This document shows, in pieces, positions 54,514-64,000 of a stretch of 64,000 bases of DNA. The translations under genes were made by a program, and so were the position numbers. The notes beneath the pieces were generated by a model, which did not search any database, was not told the origin of the DNA, and saw nothing but the letters and a program-made list of their open reading frames with translations. This DNA comes from Nitrososphaeraceae archaeon (GTDB lineage: Archaea; Thermoproteota; Nitrososphaeria; Nitrososphaerales; Nitrososphaeraceae). The stretch's first letter is position 1. The number at the start of each line of letters is the position of its first letter. Where the stretch lies: positions 17,828 to 81,827 of the forward strand of contig DATFEP010000040.1 of NCBI GenBank assembly GCA_035250975.1, in the 5' to 3' direction.

Positions 54514-55068
54514 ATGACTCATTTATCTTTCCCAAACTTATCAGGTAAATTAGTAAATTTAAGAGAACTTTCAATGGAAGATGCCACAATTATAGTAAGT
54601 CTTATGAGTCATGATATATCTAAATATCTTTATGAAGTTTCACATCCTTATAAAATAGATGATGCTTTAAAATTTATTAAATCTAGTTGTGATGATTTTA
54701 GGTTACATAAATCAATAATCTTTGCTATATCCTATAAAAACAAATTAGAACCAATTCAGTTACTAGCGGGAACTATAGGTATTAAAGATATTGACTATGT
54801 TAATAAAAAAGCAAATATAGGATATTGGATTGGTAAACAATACCAAGGCAAAGGCTTGGCAACAGAATGTGTTAAGCTAGTTGTTAAATATGGATTTGAC
54901 ATATTAAAATTGATAGCAATTTCGGCTTATGTCTTTCCTGAAAATAAACCATCTATAAGAGTTTTGGAAAAAAATAAGTTTGTAAAGACAGAAGTGGTAA
55001 AGGAATACCATCCTCTGTCAAATAGGTACAGAAATTCTTTAGTTTATACAATAAAAAATAAGAAATGA
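54514..55068 (+). CDS. RimJ/RimL-family GNAT acetyltransferase
   Basis: ANIGYWIGKQYQGKGLATE, NKPSIRVLEK. Confidence 0.92.
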   Translation: MTHLSFPNLSGKLVNLRELSMEDATIIVSLMSHDISKYLYEVSHPYKIDDALKFIKSSCDDFRLHKSIIFAISYKNKLEPIQLLAGTIGIKDIDYVNKKANIGYWIGKQYQGKGLATECVKLVVKYGFDILKLIAISAYVFPENKPSIRVLEKNKFVKTEVVKEYHPLSNRYRNSLVYTIKNKK

Positions 55069-55077
55069 TGAATTGAA

Positions 55078-56084
55078 TGCTGTGTTGCACGACTCACTAC
55101 TGCTAACACATTTAGCTAACCTATTATAGTCATATTATGTGATGAACTGGAGAAATTGCAACGAATCTCTTGTCAAACGTGGGGAGGTATTACTTGATTT
55201 TGATGTTATAGATAACTGGGATAATGAACTAGAGGAGATGAATAATAAGAAAGGTAGAAAATTCGTATATCCATATTCATTTATCAAGTTATTGGGATAC
55301 ATGAGAGATACTTTCACTTACCCTACAGACAAACTGAAGGAGTAGTAAGAGAACATGCTTCAAACACACTAACATCTATTCCAGATTATAGTAACATTAG
55401 CAGAAGAATAAATAGACTGGATATCAAGATTTCTGATGATATAACCAAATCTAGTGTACATGATGATAATTTTGTAATAACAATTGATCCTACCGGTATA
55501 AAGGTATCTAACAGGGGCGAATGGATTAGACATAAATGGAATGTAAAAAGAGGATATCTAAAGATACATGTAGCAGTTGACATAAAAAAGAAGAGAATTC
55601 TATCATTAGATGTTACTAGTGAAGAAGTACATAATGTAAAAGCTCTTCCAAAATTGGTTGATTATATAGCAATAAAACAGAATAAGGTAATAGATACTGC
55701 CATCATGGATGGTTCCTATGATAGTAACAAGATCTTTCAGTTTCTATCATTTAAAGGCATACACCCAGCAATAAAGGTAAGAAAGAATTCTAGATGCAGA
55801 AAGTCCAATCATTACCTTAGAAACAAGACTGTAAAGATCCAGAAGAATGATTTGCAAGAATGGAAAGATAGCGTATGCTATGGACAAAGATGGATGGTAG
55901 AGACTGTTTTTTCATGTATCAAGAGAATTTTTGGAGAATATGTTACTGCTATCAGGTTAGAGAACATGATAAGAGAGATAATGTTGAAAGCATCGTTGTA
56001 TAACTGGTTTCAAAGTATAACTTACATAATTATCAATTATATAATAATGAGAAAGATTGTTTAAACGAGTTATGCAACAAACCA
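55078..56084 (+). mobile_element. IS5-family (IS903-group) element with frameshifted transposase
   Basis: Imperfect TIRs GCTGTGTTGCACGACTC / GAGTTATGCAACAAACC; MNWRNCNESLVKRG, then frameshift near 55308 into YFHLPYRQTEG..IDPTGIK..GEW..DGSYDS..YGQRWMVETVFS; no TSD seen. Confidence 0.88.
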
Positions 56085-56773
56085 TTAATATCTTTATCCT
56101 TACAGGAATACGTCAATCTGAAAAAGTATTTGATTCTTAAAAGGCAATCATTCCAGGTTTTAATCCAACATTTATCTGGATCTTAATACTTTTTATTTTG
56201 GTGTCCAAATAAAAAAATATTTTACTTTTTTCATTAATTTGATAAAAGGAAATTGAGGACCAGGGAATTTACTATAGGCTACGATTGCTTTCAGATTATT
56301 ATTTGATATCTTTCAGAAGTTCCAATTCTTTCATAAACTCATAGAATTGTAATAATAATTGTTTATTTTCTAGATTAAAAACATCTATTTCAATATTGTT
56401 GATGTTGTGGATAGCTTAACTGTTATTTTTCCTTTAGTCTCCCTTTTTTCTATATTTTATTGTCGATACTTATATAGTAACGCTAAAGCATAACGCGCCC
56501 GTGCGGAGTTGAACAGTCGCTGCTTCCGTGTTCAGTAACAGTTCAGTTAGTAGCAGTAATGCGCTAAATTATTTAGTTCAATATATCTCTAAATATTGTC
56601 TTTTATAAATAAAAATAAACCAGTTATCCTAATTTCAACTACCGACTTCGTATTGGCAACTTGGGTCGCCTTTCAGGAACGAAGAAAGTGGACATTTATC
56701 GACCACTTTCTACTCCGGTATTACTGAAAATTCTGATTTTAGATCCCAGCATATCGCTAGAGTAATAGATTAA

Positions 56774-56977
56774 TTAATTAAAATAATCTTCTACTATATG
56801 ACCGCAATCACGACACTCTAGCCAGTCAAAAGAGTCATGTGGTAATTCACCATCAATTAATTCTTCTTTCTTGTAAAGGCGTGGACCCAATTGAACAGAA
56901 ATTCCTACTTCCAGGCAACGAGGACACCAACTCGTATTAGGGATATTTTCTGTATTGGTTTGATCTAACATGGGCAA
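56774..56977 (-). CDS. Small Zn-ribbon protein (CPRC...CRDC)
   Basis: Two CxxC motifs. Confidence 0.65.
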   Translation of the reverse strand: MPMLDQTNTENIPNTSWCPRCLEVGISVQLGPRLYKKEELIDGELPHDSFDWLECRDCGHIVEDYFN

Positions 56978-57125
56978 GGCATACCACTAGATTAATTAAG
57001 TTATATATGTGTAATGATATAATTTTCAATTTCATTATACTATAACATTAGATATATAGAAACTCAAGACTCTTAATCTTAATCTTAATCTTACTCCACA
57101 GCAATAATAAGTAATAGACCTAAGA

Positions 57126-57254
57126 TCATATAATTATAATTATGTTCATTGCACCTATTGCGGTCAATGATAATCCTGTTGCAAAAACTGCTAGAGCTAC
57201 TGAAATGTAATATTCTTCTGTATGAAAAAATAACATAAAAAAAAAGAAACTCAT
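57126..57254 (-). pseudogene. MFS transporter internal fragment
   Basis: MLFFHTEEYYISVALAVFATGLSLTAIGAMNIIIII* resembles DHA2-type MFS TM segments. Confidence 0.45.
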
Positions 57255-57523
57255 AAGGCCTTATAACTTCATTTATTTATAAAGCAACAGTAAACGATGA
57301 GTAACAATCAATGCTCTGTCTTGCATATACACACTAAATATTAATATCATCTGTTGGAATAACTAATAGACTCAAATTAACGGAGTCCTATTATATATGT
57401 ATTTTCATTATATCCCTGTTCAAATTTTATTATCTTAATTACATCAAATTTATTTTCTATAGCGATAATAGAATATTTTCTTGTTAGAAAGAAATATAAT
57501 AGAAGCAATAAGCTATTAACACG

Positions 57524-58162
57524 ATGAAATATTTTTTATTTCTTCTTTTTGTTGTTGTTATTGTTTTATCGTTAATAATATCAAATATACCATCATCATT
57601 TGCACAATCAAATTCAACAACTAATGATTATTATAACCCGTTTCTTGGAATTAAATTACAATACCCCAATCCTTGGGAGAAAGTAAGCCCATCATCATTT
57701 GATAGTAATACATGTAACTTATTTGGATGTATTATTGCATTCAACTTAAAAGAGAATAATGAAAACACAGATTCATATTTTTCAATAAGATCTCATGATT
57801 TGGCTAAAATTAAAGATGAATGTAAATGTTCTAATTCAATTGATTTTATGGTATGGAAATATGATAACTTGAACAATATTCCTGGATTCTTATTCCTTGA
57901 TGATAAAGAGATAACAATAGCTGGCAATCACTCTGCATGGGTAATGGAATACCTATCTTTATCAAATAATGGATTTAATTATAATTATGATGTATTAGTG
58001 AAGTATTTTGATAAATTCTATGATGTCAGATTTGAATCTCCTTCTAAAGAATATTACATGGAACATATTGGAGATATAAAAAATATTCTTAATTCTATTG
58101 AATTTGTACCAGTAAATCAAGATTCACAGAAACCATCATTCTTGATTCAAGAATATAAGTAA
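57524..58162 (+). CDS. Secreted PsbP-like fold protein
   Basis: Signal peptide, Y.NP.LGIKLQYP..W, ITIAGN..A, I.NILNSIEF. Confidence 0.7.
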   Translation: MKYFLFLLFVVVIVLSLIISNIPSSFAQSNSTTNDYYNPFLGIKLQYPNPWEKVSPSSFDSNTCNLFGCIIAFNLKENNENTDSYFSIRSHDLAKIKDECKCSNSIDFMVWKYDNLNNIPGFLFLDDKEITIAGNHSAWVMEYLSLSNNGFNYNYDVLVKYFDKFYDVRFESPSKEYYMEHIGDIKNILNSIEFVPVNQDSQKPSFLIQEYK

Positions 58163-58340
58163 AATAATAAATTAAGAATAAATAATTCTCATAAATCATG
58201 CTGGAACTCTTGCCATTCATGATATACATTAGAAGCTTTCATCTGGAGTGCAATCTTCCATATAGTAGGGTTCTACTGTCTTGTACTTAGATCTTAGTGT
58301 TAAAATTTTGTTTTGGGTTTACAGCTAAATTATAAATAAA

Positions 58341-58956
58341 GTGAAGAATCAAACAATACCGAATTTGTTAGCTTTCAAGGAGATTAATTACCATGACAAC
58401 AAAGTATTGAAACAAGCTTTAGATATTTATTTGACTCATTTTCCTCTTCAAGAAACAAGACCCTTGGAAAAAACTATTTCAATGATACAAAAAGATGACA
58501 ATTATCGTATTCTTGTAGCATTACAACATGAAACAGTAATAGGTATTTCTTTATTTTATATATTCCCTTATTAAAATTTGGATTATTAGATTACATGACA
58601 ATTATAAAGGAATTTCAAGGTAGAGGAATAGGAGAAAACTTTTTAATTTTACATTCAACATATTTAGTTCAAGAATTTCTGATGGGATTGGATTTTTGAT
58701 GGAGATCCAAAAAGATAATGTCCAAAACATTGAAGAAAATAAGATTCGAAAAAACAGAATTAAATTTTATATAAATTTGGGTTGCAAATTTCTTAATGGT
58801 ATCAACTATTTACCTCCATCGCAAATTGGTGGACAACCAGAAGAGATGTATTTGATAATTAAACCAATTAAAAATATAAAATCATTATCAAAATATGATG
58901 TTTTCAAAATTGTAAATGCTATTTATTCAAAAATTTACTGTTACAAATTTTCCTAA
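58341..58956 (+). pseudogene. Frameshifted GNAT acetyltransferase
   Basis: Three frames: IYLTHFP.QE; GLLDYMTIIKEFQGRGIG; RIKFY.NLG..YLPP. Confidence 0.75.
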
Positions 58957-59245
58957 ATGTAAATCAATTCATTTACTTTTCCTACCATGATGAAAACAGG
59001 TAAATTCTCTACAATAATCACAAAAACTACATGATGGACAGACAGGGTTAGATAAACTTGGTAAGTATTCAGTATAACAATTCATACATTTCATTATTAT
59101 TCTTTTTTTATACTAGAGAAAAATGATTGTGCAATATAACAGATAATGATTCAAAATTACAGAAGATGATGTTTTATGTAGATTGAAATCTTGTAGATGG
59201 ATATTAAACATAGAATTTTTTAGTTTTAAGGAAAAAACAACCATA

Positions 59246-59267
59246 ATTTTTTCGGCGCCGAAAAAAT
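59246..59267. promoter_or_regulatory. Perfect 22-bp palindrome ATTTTTTCGGCGCCGAAAAAAT, copy 2
   Basis: Seen directly; TATAAAAA begins at 59267. Confidence 0.65.
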
Positions 59268-59546
59268 ATAAAAATGGAATATTTATGGTATTATCAAATA
59301 AGATGGAAAGATATGGCTCAGATTCTACCCATCCTATTATCATTACATCATTTTTCTTTGTGTAATGATATAATTAATATGGTATTTGTGTTATTTATGA
59401 TATTTGGTAGTAAAATATTTTTATCATCTTCACTATGCATAATAATTATCTCAAGTAAAATCTATCGGGATATCGGTAGACCTATTCAGCTCTTGTTTAT
59501 TTGGGTATACATCGTATGAATTTGTCTCTTCTTAGTTAGTACGGTT

Positions 59547-59651
59547 CTAACACCATCTACATGTCAGTCCAATGAAAGGGAGTGTTGCAATTAGAGATGT
59601 CCCTACAATCATTCCTATGACGCACATGTTGAATTTTGTTAACTTAAACAT
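59547..59651 (-). CDS. 34-aa hydrophobic peptide MFKLTKFNMCVIGMIVGTSLIATLPFIGLTCRWC
   Basis: Differs from copy 1 only by TTC/TTT, CTG/CTC, I/V and TAA/TAG. Confidence 0.8.
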   Translation of the reverse strand: MFKLTKFNMCVIGMIVGTSLIATLPFIGLTCRWC

Positions 59652-60165
59652 ACTTCTTTGTTCATTTTAGAATACAAAAAGATTTTCCACGTCTGAAAAC
59701 AGAGATGGCTGTAAAGAAGAAACATAATTCTGAACTTACAAAAAAGAAGACCAATAGAGTTATAAGGTACTATTTTTTGTAACTTAAGAGTAGGGTTCAT
59801 CTGTATATTCAGCATGTTTCTCTGAAGTAAAATCTTCTACATAATACGGTTCTATTATATTTTATTAACAATATTGTTTGTATGGATATTCACTTCGTCG
59901 AGAGTAATACCGTTAGCGGTTCTAAAATAAGAGTCTAATGTGTATAGTAATGAAAGTGATGCTTAGGATTTTCATTTTTGTAATTGCTTTTTAAATATTT
60001 ATTATTACAAATTAATTGTTATTCTAAATAAATTTAATAACATCTAAAATTTAAAAGATTTTACTATTATTTATTAAGATGCTTACTAAAATTATTAATG
60101 TGATAAAACAATATGATGTTGAATTAAATGTACTATAAAAAATACGAGAAAACTTAAATAAAATA

Positions 60166-60936
60166 ATGCTAATCTTCTTCATGAGCAAAATTCTAACACA
60201 AAGAATAAGCTCTAGAATGACAAATTATAGAATTGTCTCTACAATAATTCTAACTACCGTAGTAATTACTGGTATTATAATCTTTCAGTCTTTGCAGGTA
60301 GAAGCTCAAAAGGAAACAGCCACAAACATTCCTGATGCAATAAAAGTTACTAAATGTCACGTAGTTAATCCTCCAACTGACCCTGTAGATATGAACACTA
60401 TTATTTTCAAGGATATTGCGAAAACTGTTCATGTTGAAAAAGAAATTTTCAAATGTATAACAAAGAATGGTGCTCCAGTAATAGCAATGGTAAGTCTTTT
60501 TACAGAACTGATTGAAGATTTGAGAACTCAATCTACTTTGAATAAAACTGTTGAAACTGTTACATGTGTCAAAGGTTATAATGGTACTGTGTCCTATTGT
60601 GACTCAAAGCAAATTCCTATTTCAAGACAATATCCTTTTGCAGTTAGTTGTGACCCTTCGAATTTAAGAATTTTAAATATCATGTCTCCAATAGAAATGG
60701 AGACTGTAGTAAGTTCTAATGGCATTTCAAAGACTATAGATGCTGAAAAAGAGGCATTTTTGTGTACTTATAAACAAAATAAACCTACTCAAATATTAGA
60801 CGTGATGTTATTTACAGAAATATTTGAAAAAGTTTCAAGTGGAACAGTAATTAAAAAGAATGTTGAATCGATTTCCTGCTTAAAAGATATAGATACTGCA
60901 AAGGTTTTAAAGTGCAATACCAAAAAACATATGTAG
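60166..60936 (+). CDS. Secreted Cys-containing protein with two internal repeats
   Basis: Signal/TM segment; P..M.T.....KT...EKE.F.C...LFTE..E....K.VE...C.K occurs twice. Confidence 0.8.
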   Translation: MLIFFMSKILTQRISSRMTNYRIVSTIILTTVVITGIIIFQSLQVEAQKETATNIPDAIKVTKCHVVNPPTDPVDMNTIIFKDIAKTVHVEKEIFKCITKNGAPVIAMVSLFTELIEDLRTQSTLNKTVETVTCVKGYNGTVSYCDSKQIPISRQYPFAVSCDPSNLRILNIMSPIEMETVVSSNGISKTIDAEKEAFLCTYKQNKPTQILDVMLFTEIFEKVSSGTVIKKNVESISCLKDIDTAKVLKCNTKKHM

Positions 60937-61162
60937 ATTGCAAATAATCTAATAATATTTTTCTTTTGATTAATATTAATAGCTACTAATTTTTATAATT
61001 TCATTATTTTATATTTAGAGCTATACAAATCTATATTATAAAATATTAAACCTATTTTAAAATAGTTTTAAGGTAAATCAATTTGAACGAAATTTGCGAA
61101 GGAGGGGGTAATACCGATAGCGGTGCGAAAATAAGAGTCTAATGTAGATACCACTATCTTGT

Positions 61163-61735
61163 GGATATTCTCTTGGTGCGACAGTAGCTCAACAGCTTAC
61201 AGTTAGTCATCCAGATAAGGTTAACAGACTCATACTTGTTGGTGCGTCATGTGGTGGGATAGAGGGTATACCTCCAAGTCCTCAACTTGTAGAATTTATG
61301 TCTGGTATAGTAAACAAATCCCTAAATAATATTCCCGTTACTGAGGAAGAGATAAAAGAGATCATGTCTTCCTCATTAGGTTCAGCATGGGTGAAATTGT
61401 ATCCCAATTCCCTTGAAAACATTCCAACAGCAGAAGATGTGTTTTCTGTTATCTCTCCTAATACTATGAAGCAACAATTTAGAATAGGAGAAGGTTGGAT
61501 GGCAACTAACTGCGATGGTATTTGTGATGAGCTTACAAAAAAAACTCTCCTACTTTGATCATAACTGGAACCATGATAATAATGTACCATCAGGAAATTC
61601 TTTAATTATTGCGGAAAAATTCCTGGAGCTTGGCTTGTACAGATTAAAGATGGTTGCCATGCATTATTCGCATAATATCCATCTATAGTCAATAGAGTAT
61701 TAGAAACATTTCTTGACTACAGCAAGTCCTAGTTG
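61163..61735 (+). pseudogene. 5'-truncated, frameshifted alpha/beta hydrolase
   Basis: GYSLG nucleophile elbow at 61163, HPDKVNRLILVG, later IAEKIPGAWLVQIKDGCH..*YP. Confidence 0.75.
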
Positions 61736-61963
61736 ACGAAAGTATCAGCTATTCTACATGTTATCATGAGAGATTGGATTCTACTTGCCTAGATTAGACT
61801 AGACTGACCTACTTTTTTTTATTATATTTATCTAAATTGATTAATCTAAAAAATATGGTGTTGTCTGCTTAATAGGCATTTTTATTTCTCAATTAACTTA
61901 CTGAATAAACAGGAAAGGACTTATTTTCAAAAAAATTTTGATAACAAGTTAATAAAACTAAGA

Positions 61964-62428
61964 TTAAACTTGAAAATAAGTATATTCAAAATCAAAAAAT
62001 TCTTGAAATAAATTAGTAGTTGACTCTTTAACCTTACCAAAAAATAATTTTACTTTGTTTGTAAACATATAGTAAATTATTATACCGTATATTATTACTG
62101 AAATAATATGTATTAAATCGCCGCTACTTGCAAGAGAAATAATTGCAAATATTATTGCAATTATGCTGATTATGAGTGCAGTTGTTCTTGCCCATCCTTT
62201 CCCTTTTAAAAGATCCCATGAAACAATTAAACTTGCTATTCCTAGTCCAACTAATACTGAACCACCTATCGTAATAAGAAATCCTAATGCACTAGTTGAA
62301 TAATCAGAATCTATGCTAATTAAAGGACCTATAAATAAAGGAGTAATTCCAGTAAATAAAAGTACTAATCCACCAATTATCATAAGAACAGCAATTATAG
62401 TAATTCCAGTTGGACGACGTTGAGTCAC
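61964..62428 (-). CDS. Four-TM membrane protein (RPTGITIIA family)
   Basis: RPTG.T start, L.KGKGWAR, YYMF..VK.FF tail. Confidence 0.75.
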   Translation of the reverse strand: MTQRRPTGITIIAVLMIIGGLVLLFTGITPLFIGPLISIDSDYSTSALGFLITIGGSVLVGLGIASLIVSWDLLKGKGWARTTALIISIIAIIFAIISLASSGDLIHIISVIIYGIIIYYMFTNKVKLFFGKVKESTTNLFQEFFDFEYTYFQV

Positions 62429-63269
62429 ATAACAACAAAGTTTTTGTTGAATTTAAGTATTACTTGAGTAATGTAATTAATGTCAATCAAAAGGTAAAAA
62501 ATTGTTTTTTCTATTGTTATACTCATTAAATTAGCCCTATTACAATAATGGAATACCAGAAGTAGAACCTTCCATGTGTTGGGTTCTACTAATTTCTATC
62601 ATAGAATGCTCAACCTTCTATTTATCTGCATTTAAGACTCTTGAACCTGCAAGTCTATTTTTTCCTTTGTATAATATTCTCCTAACATATTGTAGAAAAT
62701 TAAATGTTTCTCATATCTAAAAGAAAATTTAAAGTATATAATATTATGGTGTATCTTTAAAAGGGTTATATATTAGTTCCAATATTGGTCATTATGTTGT
62801 TAAATATGAATTTAATATATCTGAGGTTTGAAAAAATATTATTTGAAAATTTAGTATTTCAACATTCAGAAATAACGTTCTAAAGAAACAATAGTAACAT
62901 AATTAATTAAAATATCTTTAGGTACGATTTGAAATTGCCACAGTATCGAATATCACTAGAGTAATAAAATTATATATATAAAAATATGATTTCAAATTAT
63001 TATAATATATTACTAGATAGATAGAAACTCAAGACTCTTACTCTTACTACACAGTATAAGTAGTACTAGAACCAAAATATAGATAATTCTAAATACTAAT
63101 AAAGTTATTTTATGATAGATACAAAAAAATAAAATAAAATAAAGTTATTAAGTAATAGTAATAAGGTTAACAATCGAAAAGATCTAGAACAATTATGATC
63201 CTGAGTTTAAATAGATCTATAGGCTTCAGTGCAGTATGGAGTTTGTATGTCATGACAATGGTTGGTAAG

Positions 63270-63540
63270 ATGAACAAACACGCCAATAATCCTGGGTGAA
63301 AATTCTACTAGAGGACTAAGTAGTTTAAATCTAGCAAGGTATCTTTTAAAAGAAATAAAAGATAATAAAAATTGCTTGAATATTATTCATATTTTAAAAC
63401 AATGTGACAATGACGAAAAATTTGTACTGTCTATAATAGAATTTCTGAGAGAGATGGAATGGTTATCAGAAGATGAAAATGGAAAATATATAACTACACA
63501 AGAGGGACTAAAAAACAATCTAGATAACTTGATATTTTGA
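63270..63540 (+). pseudogene. Small winged-helix-like protein, start codon out of frame
   Basis: Open frame LNLARYLLKEIK..DNDEKFVLSIIEFLREMEWLSEDENGKYITTQEG with no in-frame ATG at its start. Confidence 0.4.
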
Positions 63541-64000
63541 AAACTAAATATGAAAATCAAAATAAAATTATATATATAAAAATAAAGTAAATTTTAAATA
63601 CTAAATTAAAAAGAGGATTTGACTATTATATTTTATCAACAATATTGTTTGTATTTATATTCACTTCGTCGGGAGCAATACCGATAGCGGTTCTAAAATA
63701 AGAGTCTACTATAGAGATACTACTACCTTGTATTTAGCTTTTATTATCAGTAACTTATTTTTGTTAAGTTCCTTTTTTATTCGAAAAGATAATGAATGAT
63801 GAAAAATTACATGTTTTATTAGAAAGGAAACAAGAAGAATAATAACTTTTCTTAGTTAAAGTCTAATATAAAGGACGGTAAGAATTATAATAGAAATTTA
63901 CATCTTTAGTTTAGCATATAATAAACTAATTATTTTAGATATTTATAATAGAATTAAGAATAACGATAATAATGTTTACAACAAGAGCATTGTCATCATC

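Larger units (their letters stand above)
51802..63760 (+). repeat. Dispersed repeat family ATACCGATAGCGGT(T/G)C(T/G)AAAATAAGAGTCTAATG, five co-oriented copies (51802, 52467, 59907, 61111, 63678)
   Basis: Read directly; extended similarity 59852-59938 vs 63623-63708 and a shared tail GATAC(T/C)ACTATCTTGT. Confidence 0.85.

Noticed and set aside
55300-55320. Programmed frameshift in the IS5 transposase
   Set aside because: No slippery A-run at the shift; other lesions (IDPTG, eroded TIR) point to decay
1986-61590. Many short antisense ORFs in the track (e.g. 1986, 11836, 13213, 17604, 31002, 36304, 38295, 61282)
   Set aside because: They overlap well-supported genes on the opposite strand and have no motifs
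51802-63760. CRISPR array or integron attC array
   Set aside because: Spacing of 0.7-7 kb, no cas or integrase gene, no GTTRRRY/RYYYAAC boxes recognised

Overview
AT-rich archaeal chromosome segment. Gene content and style (LysW-dependent Arg/Lys cluster, Dph5-DUF357, Nob1, BHB-intron tRNA, F420 LLM oxidoreductase, many histidine kinases) fit an ammonia-oxidising Nitrososphaeraceae member, probably Ca. Nitrosocosmicus-like (inference). Bases 1-28.3 kb are mostly core genes: trpCBA, egtB/egtD, an ebo-like UbiA/phosphodiesterase/TIM-barrel trio, argG plus a lysW-lysXYZJK cluster with two unannotated lysW genes, dph5, a GvpD/KaiC-like ATPase, NAD kinase, nob1 and three tRNAs. After tRNA-Gly (28.3-64 kb) lies a low-density accessory region with signalling genes (HK, DUF3227-like, KaiC, cyclase-REC), IS1595 and IS5 remnants, many pseudogenes and several duplicated blocks. 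Highlights: (1) a twice-present ~600 bp cassette with a GC-core palindrome, a TATA box, a convergent structured/hydrophobic unit and an unannotated, strongly conserved 34-aa membrane peptide ending in CRWC (type I toxin-antitoxin-like layout); (2) a second LysW carrier ending in EDWGQ instead of the essential EDWGE; (3) a duplicated 30/31-aa microprotein with a synonymous-biased substitution pattern; (4) a five-copy co-oriented intergenic repeat.
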